Below are positions 1 to 9,039 of a stretch of 64,000 nt of DNA, piece by piece. The position numbers and the translations under genes were made by a program. The first letter of the stretch is position 1, and each line of letters begins with the position of its first letter. The notes under the pieces are model-generated. The model ran no database searches, was not told the DNA's origin, and saw only the letters and a list, made by a program, of their open reading frames with translations. The DNA lies in contig JAUWZX010000001.1 of assembly GCA_030615175.1 (NCBI GenBank), positions 199,840 through 263,839 of the forward strand, read 5' to 3'. The stretch is from Candidatus Parvarchaeota archaeon. GTDB taxonomy: Archaea > Nanobdellota > Nanobdellia > WJKC01.

Positions 1-328
1 TCACTCCATTCCTTAAACTTATTTTAAAACCATTATAATCAGCAGGCAAGTGGCTTCCAGTAACGTAAACACCAAAATCATAATTCTTAAAAACCTTATA
101 ATAACACACAGGCACTGGAACTAAGCCAATATTAATGACTTTAATGCCAGAAGTACGCAATCCCTCAATCAAGTGCTCAGTTAATTCAGGAGAAGTCTTG
201 CGCGAATCATAACCAACAACGCAAGTCCCGGTTAATACAGAACCTAAAGCCTTGCCTACAAGGAATGAGTCATGAGTGCTTATATCTCTCCCTCTGATGT
301 CATAAGCTAAAAAAATATTATCCTTCAT
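1..328 (-). CDS. phosphomannomutase/phosphoglucomutase, N-terminal part (runs off window start)
   Basis: Hand translation from ATG at 328: MKDNIFLAYDIRG...VVGYDSRKTS...YVTGSHLPADYNGFK; YDIRG, GxDxR and the T-G-S-H-x-P phosphoserine loop of alpha-D-phosphohexomutases. Not in ORF track. Confidence 0.9.
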   Translation of the reverse strand, partial: MKDNIFLAYDIRGRDISTHDSFLVGKALGSVLTGTCVVGYDSRKTSPELTEHLIEGLRTSGIKVINIGLVPVPVCYYKVFKNYDFGVYVTGSHLPADYNGFKISLRNGV

Positions 329-1488
329 TATAACCAGTACATGCTCTTTTTTAATTTTGAACTGTCAAACTCGGTTGGCAGTATATCACCATCAATTATC
401 CCTGAAGTTGCAAGCAAAGGCCAGACTCGCGAGTGCTTGAATAAGTGAGACCTGTCCTTAATAACTGACTTAAAACCAATAATTGAATAATCATCAATCA
501 CTACATTATCATTAATCCATGCATGCCCGTCAACCATGCTGTTATGCACTCTGGAATTATCACCAATCCTTACATCTTCAAAAATGACTGAGCCAACAAT
601 AACGCTGTTATCACCTACCTGCGTGTCATGCATTAAGTGAGTGCACGGACCAATTATTGAATTCCTGCCAATAACACATCCATTCTCAATAATCACTGGA
701 GGATTAATCACGGCATCAGGAGATATTTTTGCAGAATCATCAATGAAATTACAGTTAATAACCCTCATTGCCTTCCTGTTAGTGTCAATATAGGATTTTG
801 GTTTTCCAATATCACCCCACAAGCCGTTGAATTTATAACCATTAATCTTCTCAGTCTTTGAAAAATACTCCCACAACCTTCCTATTTTATCAAGGTTGCC
901 GATATTCTTTAAATAATTATTAAAAGGCCCGCTAAAGAAGCCTTTACTAATCTTATAAACAAGCGTGCTTGCAAGCTTAGACTTCGCCTCCTCCAGGCGA
1001 GGCTTCTCCTGAAAACCAGAAAGTTCACTGCCCTTTAAAACAGCAATACCATAATTCTCAACCAAGAATTTATTAGGCAACTCAAATAATGCAATGCTTG
1101 CAATGCCGCCGCAGGAATCATGAAATCCTGAGAAATCCTTAATTGACAGTCCTGAAAAGAAATTATCAGCTCCAATAATCAAGTAATCATCATCGCCAAG
1201 CAAATCATAAACATGCTTTAACGCGCCTATTGAGCCAAGCTTGTTAGACTGGTCAGTTGATTCTTCAAGAATTACTTTAATAAACTCATCACTGCCTAAG
1301 AACCCTCTGACTTTTGATTGATTAATATTAATGCTAAGGTACGCCTTATCAATACCGGCTTTTTTAATTGCTTCAATAATCCAAGTAATGTTTGGCTTGC
1401 CAGCAATAGGTAATAATAATTTAGGCGTTCTAAGCGTTAACGGATGCAGTCTCGTTCCATAACCACCACCAATAATCACGGTCTTCAA
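328..1488 (-). CDS. NDP-sugar synthase (mannose-1-P guanylyltransferase-like) with left-handed beta-helix C-terminus
   Basis: GGGYGTRLHPLT..PK, EKP and WGDIG motifs, hexapeptide repeats; likely TTG start at 1488 overlapping the upstream TGA. Confidence 0.88.
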   Translation of the reverse strand: MKTVIIGGGYGTRLHPLTLRTPKLLLPIAGKPNITWIIEAIKKAGIDKAYLSININQSKVRGFLGSDEFIKVILEESTDQSNKLGSIGALKHVYDLLGDDDYLIIGADNFFSGLSIKDFSGFHDSCGGIASIALFELPNKFLVENYGIAVLKGSELSGFQEKPRLEEAKSKLASTLVYKISKGFFSGPFNNYLKNIGNLDKIGRLWEYFSKTEKINGYKFNGLWGDIGKPKSYIDTNRKAMRVINCNFIDDSAKISPDAVINPPVIIENGCVIGRNSIIGPCTHLMHDTQVGDNSVIVGSVIFEDVRIGDNSRVHNSMVDGHAWINDNVVIDDYSIIGFKSVIKDRSHLFKHSRVWPLLATSGIIDGDILPTEFDSSKLKKSMYWL

Positions 1489-2318
1489 GTAATGCCCCTC
1501 CACTCCTTAATTGCCTTCTCATACCGCTCCGTATTATCAGTTGGGAACCACTGCCCTTCGAAAGGATAGCCTAAGAGTTTATTCTTTTCAAGAATTTTCG
1601 GGAACACTTCTAATTCAATCATTGAATAACCTTTAGGCACCAAATCAATTACTTCAGGTTCTAATACGTAAACACCGGCATTAATTAACTTGCTTGGAGG
1701 AATCTTGGGTTTTTCTATAAATGCCTTAATCCTTGATCCTTTAAGAACTGCAACCCCATAACTAGTAGGATTATCCACTGTTGTTAATGCAATAGTTACT
1801 AATCCGCCGCCATCCCTGTGGAACTCGTAAAGAGAGTTAATATCAATGTTAACCAGGTTATCGCCATTAAACATTAAGAACGGTTCATCAAGCAATGGCT
1901 TGGCAATCCTTAAAGCTCCTGCAGTGCCCATTTCTTCATCTTCTTCAATATAAGTAATTTTAACTCCAAACTTGCTGCCATCACCAAAGTATTCCTTGAT
2001 TTTATGACCTAAGTAACCAATACTGATTATGACTTCGCGAACATCATACTTCCTTAATAATTCAATAGTGTGCTCAAGTATTGGTCTCCCCTTGATTGGA
2101 ACCATTGGCTTTGGAATCTCATAAGTAATTGGTCTTAAACGCGTGCCCTTGCCTCCAGCAAGTATGTACGCTTTTTTCAATCTCTTCTGATTCAATGCTT
2201 TGCGCAGCATGAATTCAACAGCATGACTCCTGTTCCGGATTCTTAACCCGTCAACAAGTTTGTCAAGACTTAAAATTAAGTCCCTGTCAAGAGTGACTGT
2301 AACCCTTTCCTTATTCAT
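1485..2318 (-). CDS. ribbon-helix-helix (CopG/NikR-like) domain fused to sugar-phosphate nucleotidyltransferase domain
   Basis: N-terminal RVTVTLDRDL...NRSHAVEFMLR (RHH), then LAGGKGTRLRPIT..PKP, NGD, EKP. Confidence 0.85.
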   Translation of the reverse strand: MNKERVTVTLDRDLILSLDKLVDGLRIRNRSHAVEFMLRKALNQKRLKKAYILAGGKGTRLRPITYEIPKPMVPIKGRPILEHTIELLRKYDVREVIISIGYLGHKIKEYFGDGSKFGVKITYIEEDEEMGTAGALRIAKPLLDEPFLMFNGDNLVNIDINSLYEFHRDGGGLVTIALTTVDNPTSYGVAVLKGSRIKAFIEKPKIPPSKLINAGVYVLEPEVIDLVPKGYSMIELEVFPKILEKNKLLGYPFEGQWFPTDNTERYEKAIKEWRGIT

Positions 2319-2329
2319 ACAAAGTATGA
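2315..2329. promoter_or_regulatory. inverted repeat TCATAC-AAA-GTATGA, candidate operator over the start of the RHH fusion gene
   Basis: Perfect 6-bp arms overlapping the start codon (2316-2318); TATA-like TTTAAATA on the minus strand at ~2340-2347. Confidence 0.45.
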
Positions 2330-2458
2330 GGATTTTATATATTTAAATATTTTTTGTACTTCATTATAGTAGTAATGTTTTTTGGAAAACCCTCTTCTAA
2401 GCAAACGAGATAATAAACTCTTTTAAATAAGTAATAAATAACTTTAATTAGATTTATT

Positions 2459-3523
2459 ATGAGAGTTGCAATGGTTTCAAGAACTTACTGGCCCAGCACT
2501 AGAGGTGGTGCAGAGAAATACTTTTATGAAGTTAAAAAAAAAATAAATCATCCAGTTACTGTTTATACATGGGATAAAGTAAAGGGAAAAGACATTGTCC
2601 AAGTGGAGATTCCTAAAGTAAAGATAATTGGTTCAATGATTTTTAGTTTAAAAACAAGTTGCTTAATAAGAAAGAAAGAACATGATTTAATTCATGTGAA
2701 TCAATTCTGGAGCGAATACCTCTCATTTCTAACTAAAAAAAAATTAGTTTCCTCAATACATGACTTGCCTTCTAAGAATGATTTCCTTCACAGGATGATT
2801 ATGATTCATAGTGCTAAGAAATCAGAAGCTGTTTTCTGTCTTTCAGAAGCAGTTAAAAAAGAATTAATTAGTGAAGGCGTAAACATTAAGAAATTATTTT
2901 ACGCTCCCCCAGGGATAAGCATTACGAAAGTGAAACTTAATAAGAGGAAGTACTCAAAGGGTGAGAAAATATTCACTCATGTTAGTAGGATAGCACCTAA
3001 TAAGGATTTAATTACTATAATAAGAGCTTTAAAATTATTAAAAAAAGATTATGACTTTAAATTTTATGTAATAGGACAAAAGATGAGTTGGACTGATTAT
3101 TATAAAAGAATAGTACAAGAAATTAAAGCCAATGATTTAGAAGATAATGTAAAAATACTAGGCAAAGTTGATGAAAAAACAAAAAATGAATTAGTAAGGT
3201 CTTCTGATGCTTACTTGCATGCAAGCAGATATGGAGAGGGCTTTGGCATGCCAATAGTTGAAGCACAAAGAATGGGTATACCAGTAATAACAAGCAACTT
3301 ATTTGAAAAATTAGGAACAGTTAAGAGCAATCATACAGGATTAATATTTAAGGCAGGCGATGAGAAGGAATTAAAACAGAAAATAAAGAAATTATTAAGT
3401 GATAGTAGACTGCGAAGGAAGTTAATAAGTAATGCTAAGAAAATATCAAAAACGTATGATTGGAATAAGACTTCAAAAATAATACAAGAAGTTTATGAAA
3501 AAGTTTATAGGGGTAAATTATGA
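2459..3523 (+). CDS. glycosyltransferase family 4
   Basis: GGAEKY, VSRIAPNK, EGFGMPIVEA (E-x7-E). Confidence 0.92.
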   Translation: MRVAMVSRTYWPSTRGGAEKYFYEVKKKINHPVTVYTWDKVKGKDIVQVEIPKVKIIGSMIFSLKTSCLIRKKEHDLIHVNQFWSEYLSFLTKKKLVSSIHDLPSKNDFLHRMIMIHSAKKSEAVFCLSEAVKKELISEGVNIKKLFYAPPGISITKVKLNKRKYSKGEKIFTHVSRIAPNKDLITIIRALKLLKKDYDFKFYVIGQKMSWTDYYKRIVQEIKANDLEDNVKILGKVDEKTKNELVRSSDAYLHASRYGEGFGMPIVEAQRMGIPVITSNLFEKLGTVKSNHTGLIFKAGDEKELKQKIKKLLSDSRLRRKLISNAKKISKTYDWNKTSKIIQEVYEKVYRGKL

Positions 3524-4170
3524 GTAAATTATATTACATAAAAAGAAAATTATGTTATTATTATTTTAAGATTTTTAAATCGACAAGGACATTTACATTC
3601 AAAAAAGAAAAATACAACTATTTTTATCATATGTACACTTCGACCTGGAGTAATGAAAGAGCTATAGAAATCCCTATTATTAAGAAAATAATTGAAAGGC
3701 ATAATTACAAGAAAATACTTGAAGTAGGTAATGTTCTTTCAAACTATTTTAATGTAACTCATGACATTATTGATAAGTATGAAAAAGCTAAAGGCGTAAT
3801 AAACCAAGACGTTGTTGATTTTAAACCACAAAAAAAGTATGATTTAATTATTAGCATCTCAACTTTAGAACATGTAGGTTTTGACGAAAAGCCAAAAGAG
3901 CCTAAAAAAATATTGCGTGCAATTCAGAACTTGAAAAGTTTGCTTAAACCAGGAGGTAAGATAGTCATTACTTTACCTTTAGGTTATAATTCTGAAATGG
4001 ATAAGTTACTTAGAGGAAAAAAACTAGGATTCATTGAACAATATTATTTTAAAAAACTGTCAAGAGATAATAAATGGATTCAAACGGATTGGGAAAATGT
4101 AAAAAATTTAAAGTATAATAAACCATTTTTATGTGCTAATGGATTATTTATAGGAATTATTAAAAAGTAG
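3520..4170 (+). CDS. class I SAM-dependent methyltransferase-like protein
   Basis: ILEVGN, YDLIISISTLEHVG, LKPGG. Confidence 0.8.
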   Translation: MSKLYYIKRKLCYYYFKIFKSTRTFTFKKEKYNYFYHMYTSTWSNERAIEIPIIKKIIERHNYKKILEVGNVLSNYFNVTHDIIDKYEKAKGVINQDVVDFKPQKKYDLIISISTLEHVGFDEKPKEPKKILRAIQNLKSLLKPGGKIVITLPLGYNSEMDKLLRGKKLGFIEQYYFKKLSRDNKWIQTDWENVKNLKYNKPFLCANGLFIGIIKK

Positions 4171-4241
4171 GGATTATTAAAAAAGTTTTTATTCAGCTAA
4201 AGAAAAGGTTTTTAAGACGAGATTAAATGTTTTTGTATTAA

Positions 4242-5123
4242 ATGAAAATAAGCGTTATAATACCTGCTCATAATGAGGAAGACGAGATTAAGAAATGTAT
4301 TAATTCAGTACTAAAACAGTCTTACAAGGCTTATGAAGTCATAGTTGTTAATGACGCCAGCACTGACAGGACTGAGGGAATTGTTAATGGATTCAAAAGA
4401 GTTAAACTCATTAATCATGAAAAAGCAAGAGGTCCTGCAGGAGCGCGCAATCACGGTGCAAGAATTGCTAAAGGAGACATATTATTCTTCCTTGATGCTG
4501 ACGAGTGGATGCTCAAGAATACTTTAAAAAACACTATTAAATTATTCAAAGAGCATAATCCTGACGGAATCGTAAGCAACAGGAGGGTTACTTTCCCAAA
4601 GAATTGGACAAGGATTTGGGCTTACGAGTTCAGTAGTAACTGGTGCATTTACAAAGGAACATACTTCTCAAAGGACGCTTTAAGTTGCCCTTACATTATT
4701 AAGAAAAAAGTATTCAATAAAGTTGGGGGTTTCCCATCAAATACTTACTATTTTGAGGATTACATATTAATTAAGAAGATTCATGAATTAGGCGTCAAGG
4801 TCTTGTTAACTGATAAAATAACTGTTAAATCTGATATGGGTTCAAGTTTTAAGGACTTCTATAAGAGAGCGAGGAATATTGGTATAGGAGTCGTGAAGTC
4901 CAGTCTTTCAGGAAAGCAGGCAAGGATTTTGTTAATAACTCTTTTTTTAGGCGTTTCATTTTTTTACCCAATTCTTTATGCAGGATTTTACCTTGCTTAT
5001 GGCTTGTTATGGCTTAAAAGGACAAGGGATTTATTAGTAGGGCTTACAGCCCCCCTGTTATTCACTGTTAAGAAATTCATTTCTTGTTATTACTTAATAA
5101 AGGAGATGGTAAGAAAGTATTAA
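4242..5123 (+). CDS. glycosyltransferase family 2
   Basis: SVIIPAHNEE, VNDASTD, ARNHG, FLDAD, ED. Confidence 0.92.
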   Translation: MKISVIIPAHNEEDEIKKCINSVLKQSYKAYEVIVVNDASTDRTEGIVNGFKRVKLINHEKARGPAGARNHGARIAKGDILFFLDADEWMLKNTLKNTIKLFKEHNPDGIVSNRRVTFPKNWTRIWAYEFSSNWCIYKGTYFSKDALSCPYIIKKKVFNKVGGFPSNTYYFEDYILIKKIHELGVKVLLTDKITVKSDMGSSFKDFYKRARNIGIGVVKSSLSGKQARILLITLFLGVSFFYPILYAGFYLAYGLLWLKRTRDLLVGLTAPLLFTVKKFISCYYLIKEMVRKY

Positions 5124-5149
5124 AAAACTTTGTTTGCATTAAAATTGTT

Positions 5150-6205
5150 ATGAAAATTGCTCAAGTAATAATTGGTTATCATGAAAGAATTGGCGGTTAC
5201 GGAAGGCATGTTAATTTAATAACAGAGGAATTAAAGCGCAGAGGTCATGATGTAACAATTATCAGCACTAAATTCAGTCCAGGAGAATACAAAAAGGAGA
5301 AGGGGGTTGTAAGATTATGGAACACTCCTTTACTAAAGATTACTCCCTCACTCTTAACTCATCTTTTAAGCAATGATTATGATTTAGTTCACGTCTTCGG
5401 CTACCCTAGTTTCCAGCCTTTCATTACCTGCCTTGCAAAGGAGTTTAAGAAGTTCCCGTTAATCTTCACGCCTCACTACCACCCATTTGGTTACAAGCCG
5501 GCTCCATTAAGAAAATTATTTGACCTGACTTTCGGCAGTTACGCGTTAAAAAAACCTGATTACGTTATTGCAACAACTGATTATGAGAAAAGAATGTTAA
5601 GGCGCAGAGGCGTTAAAAAGATTAGCGTCATACTTAACCCATTAAAGACTGATGAGTTAAGAAAAATTAAAGGTTTTAAGAAAAAGTATGGTATTAAAAA
5701 GGACTTTATTTTATTCGTTGGCAGAATTGAGAAGGATAAGGGGCTTCAGTACTTAATTCCGGCAGTTAAAGGGCTTCCAATAACCCTCGCAGTTGTTGGA
5801 GAGGATCTTGGTTATAAAAGCAAACTGCCAGAGCAGGATAATGTATTATTCACTGGTTCAGTGTCGCAGGATGATTTAATGAGTGCTTACACTGAATGCA
5901 AGTTCCTGGTTCTCCCAAGCAAGTATGAATCCTTTGGCATTGTATTAATCGAAGCAATGCATTATTCTAAGCCAGTGATTGCCACGAGAACCGGACCAGT
6001 CCCTTCCATTGTTAAGGATTCAGGATTACTGGTACATTACAGTGATATTAATTCATTACGCGATTCAATTAAGAAATTATTAAATGATAATAAATTAAGA
6101 CAATTAATGGGCAGGGAAGCGTATAGGGATTCATTAATTTATGATGTTAAAAACGTTGTTGATAAATTATTAATTATTTATAATGAAGTGTTGAAGAAAA
6201 AATGA
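5150..6205 (+). CDS. glycosyltransferase family 4
   Basis: VGRIEKDKG, ESFGIVLIEA; start placed at ATG 5150. Confidence 0.92.
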   Translation: MKIAQVIIGYHERIGGYGRHVNLITEELKRRGHDVTIISTKFSPGEYKKEKGVVRLWNTPLLKITPSLLTHLLSNDYDLVHVFGYPSFQPFITCLAKEFKKFPLIFTPHYHPFGYKPAPLRKLFDLTFGSYALKKPDYVIATTDYEKRMLRRRGVKKISVILNPLKTDELRKIKGFKKKYGIKKDFILFVGRIEKDKGLQYLIPAVKGLPITLAVVGEDLGYKSKLPEQDNVLFTGSVSQDDLMSAYTECKFLVLPSKYESFGIVLIEAMHYSKPVIATRTGPVPSIVKDSGLLVHYSDINSLRDSIKKLLNDNKLRQLMGREAYRDSLIYDVKNVVDKLLIIYNEVLKKK

Positions 6206-6256
6206 TTTTAATATATTTTGCAGGGGGTTTCTCAAGGGGGGCTTGCTCCCCGAGAG
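6206..6256 (+). repeat. GC-rich hairpin element, copy 1 (CTTG loop)
   Basis: TTCTC-AA-GGGGGG-CTTG-CTCCCC-GAGAG; related copy on the minus strand at 41604-41651. Confidence 0.55.
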
Positions 6257-6266
6257 TGTTAAAGAA

Positions 6267-7700
6267 ATGAGCAGTGCAAGGCAATTAAGTAAAAATGCGG
6301 GGGTAATAACTATTGGAAGAGGTATAGCTTACTTTATTAACTTCATTACAATAATACTTCTGGCAAGGGCTTTGAAACCACATGATTATGGTGTTTTCTC
6401 ACTTGGGATTTCAATAATAATGTTATTGCACGGGATTAATAATTTAGGCATTGAAACAGCGCTTCCATACTTCATCCCAAGACTCTTAGCGCAGAAGAAG
6501 AAAGGCAGGGCTTTATGGGTTTATAACAGGATATTAAAGATAAGGATTGCAACATCAGCTATTTTTGGAGTGGCATTATTCTTATCATCCAGTTTCATTG
6601 CATCCATTTATAATATCCCTTTATTAGAACCGCTTTTGCAGGTATTGTCATTAGGATTTACTTGTTATTCAATACTTTACTTATTCCAGAGTGTTTTCCA
6701 GGCATTTAAGAAAATAACTTACATGATGTCCCCTGACATGATTCTTGCAGCAGCAAAATTAATAATGCTTCTGCTGACAATCTCATTAGGATTAATAATT
6801 ATAACTATTGGTTATGTGGTTGCAATAATAATTACTTTAATTATGGTGCTCTTAATTGTTTACAAAAAAGTTCTGCCAAGAGTTAAGCCGGAAAAGATTA
6901 ACTTCACTAAAGTCAAGAAGTACGCGTTAACAGTTTACGTAAGTATTCTGGCATGGCATGTTGCAACATATATTGGAAGCATGATAATAGGAATATACCC
7001 TGAGCATAATGCTTACCTGAATCTTGCTCAGAGGTTGGGGATGTTCTTAACTCTTCCTGCAGTGTCGATTGGCATGAGTTTGTTCCCTGAGTTAAGCAGT
7101 AAATTAAATAAAGAGAATATGAAGAAGTTATTCCGTAAGGTAACTCGTTATACAGTAATTATTTCAAGCATAATGTCTTTTTACGTTCTTGCAACTGCAA
7201 ATCAATTAATTAATTTATTCTTCAGCAGCGAGTACGCTGGAGGAGTGTTAACTCTTCAAATAATGATGATTAGTCTTTACTTGCAGGGGGCTTTCATGAC
7301 TCTTTCAACTCTTTTCATGGGTTCTGGCAGGCCGAGAAAATACACGATAGCGGTTATTATTCAAGCAGTCATCAGCACTGCACTTACTATCATTCTAATC
7401 CAGTATAAGTCAATTGGTGCTGCGCTGGCAATTACTGTAGCAACCTTTGCTTATGGATTATACTTGTCAGTTAATACTGGTTACCCGATTAAGACTTTTA
7501 TTAAAGCATTAATAATAGGGCTTTTAAGCTCTTCAGTAGCCTTTATTGGCTTTGAGCTAGGCATTATTAACTTAATTGTTGTGTCATTAATGTATTTTCT
7601 AATCTTTTTCAGTCTTGGGTTTGCGTTAAAATTAATAAGAAAGTATGATATATTAATAGTGATTAAGGCTTTAAGACACTGCCTAAGGAGGTTTTATTAA
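6267..7700 (+). CDS. oligosaccharide flippase (Wzx/MOP superfamily)
   Basis: LARALKPHDYGVFS, many TM segments, LFPELS; located in the GT cluster. Confidence 0.88.
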   Translation: MSSARQLSKNAGVITIGRGIAYFINFITIILLARALKPHDYGVFSLGISIIMLLHGINNLGIETALPYFIPRLLAQKKKGRALWVYNRILKIRIATSAIFGVALFLSSSFIASIYNIPLLEPLLQVLSLGFTCYSILYLFQSVFQAFKKITYMMSPDMILAAAKLIMLLLTISLGLIIITIGYVVAIIITLIMVLLIVYKKVLPRVKPEKINFTKVKKYALTVYVSILAWHVATYIGSMIIGIYPEHNAYLNLAQRLGMFLTLPAVSIGMSLFPELSSKLNKENMKKLFRKVTRYTVIISSIMSFYVLATANQLINLFFSSEYAGGVLTLQIMMISLYLQGAFMTLSTLFMGSGRPRKYTIAVIIQAVISTALTIILIQYKSIGAALAITVATFAYGLYLSVNTGYPIKTFIKALIIGLLSSSVAFIGFELGIINLIVVSLMYFLIFFSLGFALKLIRKYDILIVIKALRHCLRRFY

Positions 7701-8179
7701 TGATTTTAAAACAGCCAAAACAAGTTGTTTTAATAACTGTCTATGATAAAGTTAATGACAGGACTAATATCATAACTATTGGATGGCACTCCCTTATTAG
7801 TTTAAACCCACTTATTTATGGTATTATCATTAAGTCATCGCATTACTCTTATGAATTAATTAGGGAGCAGAAGGAATTATGTATTAACTTTATGTCTTAC
7901 GAGTACAAGAATCAAGCACTTATTTGTGGGACTAAGTCAGGCAGGGTTGTTGATAAATTTAAATTAACTGGTTTAAAATCTTTAAAGTCAGGCATTAGTG
8001 CTGACAGCATTAGCGAGGCTTACTTAATCCTTGAATGCAGGGTTTTAGAAGAGCATGAAATAGGCGATCACGTGTTGATTGCATGCAGTGTGATTAATAC
8101 TGTTAAGAGGGATGTTGATTATAAGCCTTTAATCTGTACTTCCTGGAGTGAATTCACGACTTTAAGTGATGATAAATGA
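7700..8179 (+). CDS. flavin reductase family protein (flavoredoxin-like)
   Basis: NIITIGW, CGTKSGRVVDK, LECRV, GDH. Confidence 0.88.
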   Translation: MILKQPKQVVLITVYDKVNDRTNIITIGWHSLISLNPLIYGIIIKSSHYSYELIREQKELCINFMSYEYKNQALICGTKSGRVVDKFKLTGLKSLKSGISADSISEAYLILECRVLEEHEIGDHVLIACSVINTVKRDVDYKPLICTSWSEFTTLSDDK

Positions 8180-9039
8180 GTGAAGTAGTTATAAGAGAGG
8201 CGCAAAGGAATAGTAAGGGTATTCATAAATCCTTAAATGATGTTCTTGAAAACCTTGAATTTAATTTTTATAAAAAGAAGTTCATTGCAATAAAGCTTAA
8301 TCTATGCCTGCTTAGGTATCCTGAAACAGCATCAACAACTGACCCTTTATTTTTAGAGCAGTTATTGAAGTTAATTAGGGAACAGAATAGGAGGGCAAGG
8401 ATTTTATTATTAGAGAGTGACGCTACGACAACACTTGCTGACTTATTATTTAATTACTTAGGCTTCAAGAAGCTTGCCAAGAAGTACAAGGCAGAGTGTT
8501 TTAACATTAGCAATGCCAGTTTAGTAAAGAAGAGGATAAGGGGTTTATACTTTAAGGAGGTTATGTATCCGAGGATTCTTAAGAAATGTGATTGCTTGAT
8601 TTCTCATCCTAAATTAAAAACTCACACATTAACATTAATTACTTGTGGAATGAAGAATATGTTCGGCTGCCTTCCAAAGAAGAGAAAGGCTTCCTATCAT
8701 AAAATGATTGATGAAGTGATTGTTGATTGCTGCAGGTTATTTAAGCCTGACCTTACAATAACTGACGGCATCCTTGCAATGACAGGTCGCGGTCCTATTA
8801 ATGGATTCCCAACCTACTTTAATAATATTATTGCAAGCAGGGACGTGCTCGCTAATGACGTTGCCTGCGCTAAGATTCTTGGCTTTAACCCAAGGAAGGT
8901 TAAGCACTTAAGACTGGCGAGGGGAGTTGTTGGTTCTTTTAAGTTTAGAGTAAATGGCAGGTTAATTAAGAAATGTGATTTAGGCGGTTTTGATAAAAGT
9001 TATTATTACCTTAACAAGTTAAGGAAGGTGATTGCGTGA
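8176..9039 (+). CDS. DUF362 domain protein
   Basis: IKLNL, TTDP, PKLKTH..T..T.GMKNMFG, DG....GRGP..G, D..A.D. Confidence 0.88.
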   Translation: MSEVVIREAQRNSKGIHKSLNDVLENLEFNFYKKKFIAIKLNLCLLRYPETASTTDPLFLEQLLKLIREQNRRARILLLESDATTTLADLLFNYLGFKKLAKKYKAECFNISNASLVKKRIRGLYFKEVMYPRILKKCDCLISHPKLKTHTLTLITCGMKNMFGCLPKKRKASYHKMIDEVIVDCCRLFKPDLTITDGILAMTGRGPINGFPTYFNNIIASRDVLANDVACAKILGFNPRKVKHLRLARGVVGSFKFRVNGRLIKKCDLGGFDKSYYYLNKLRKVIA

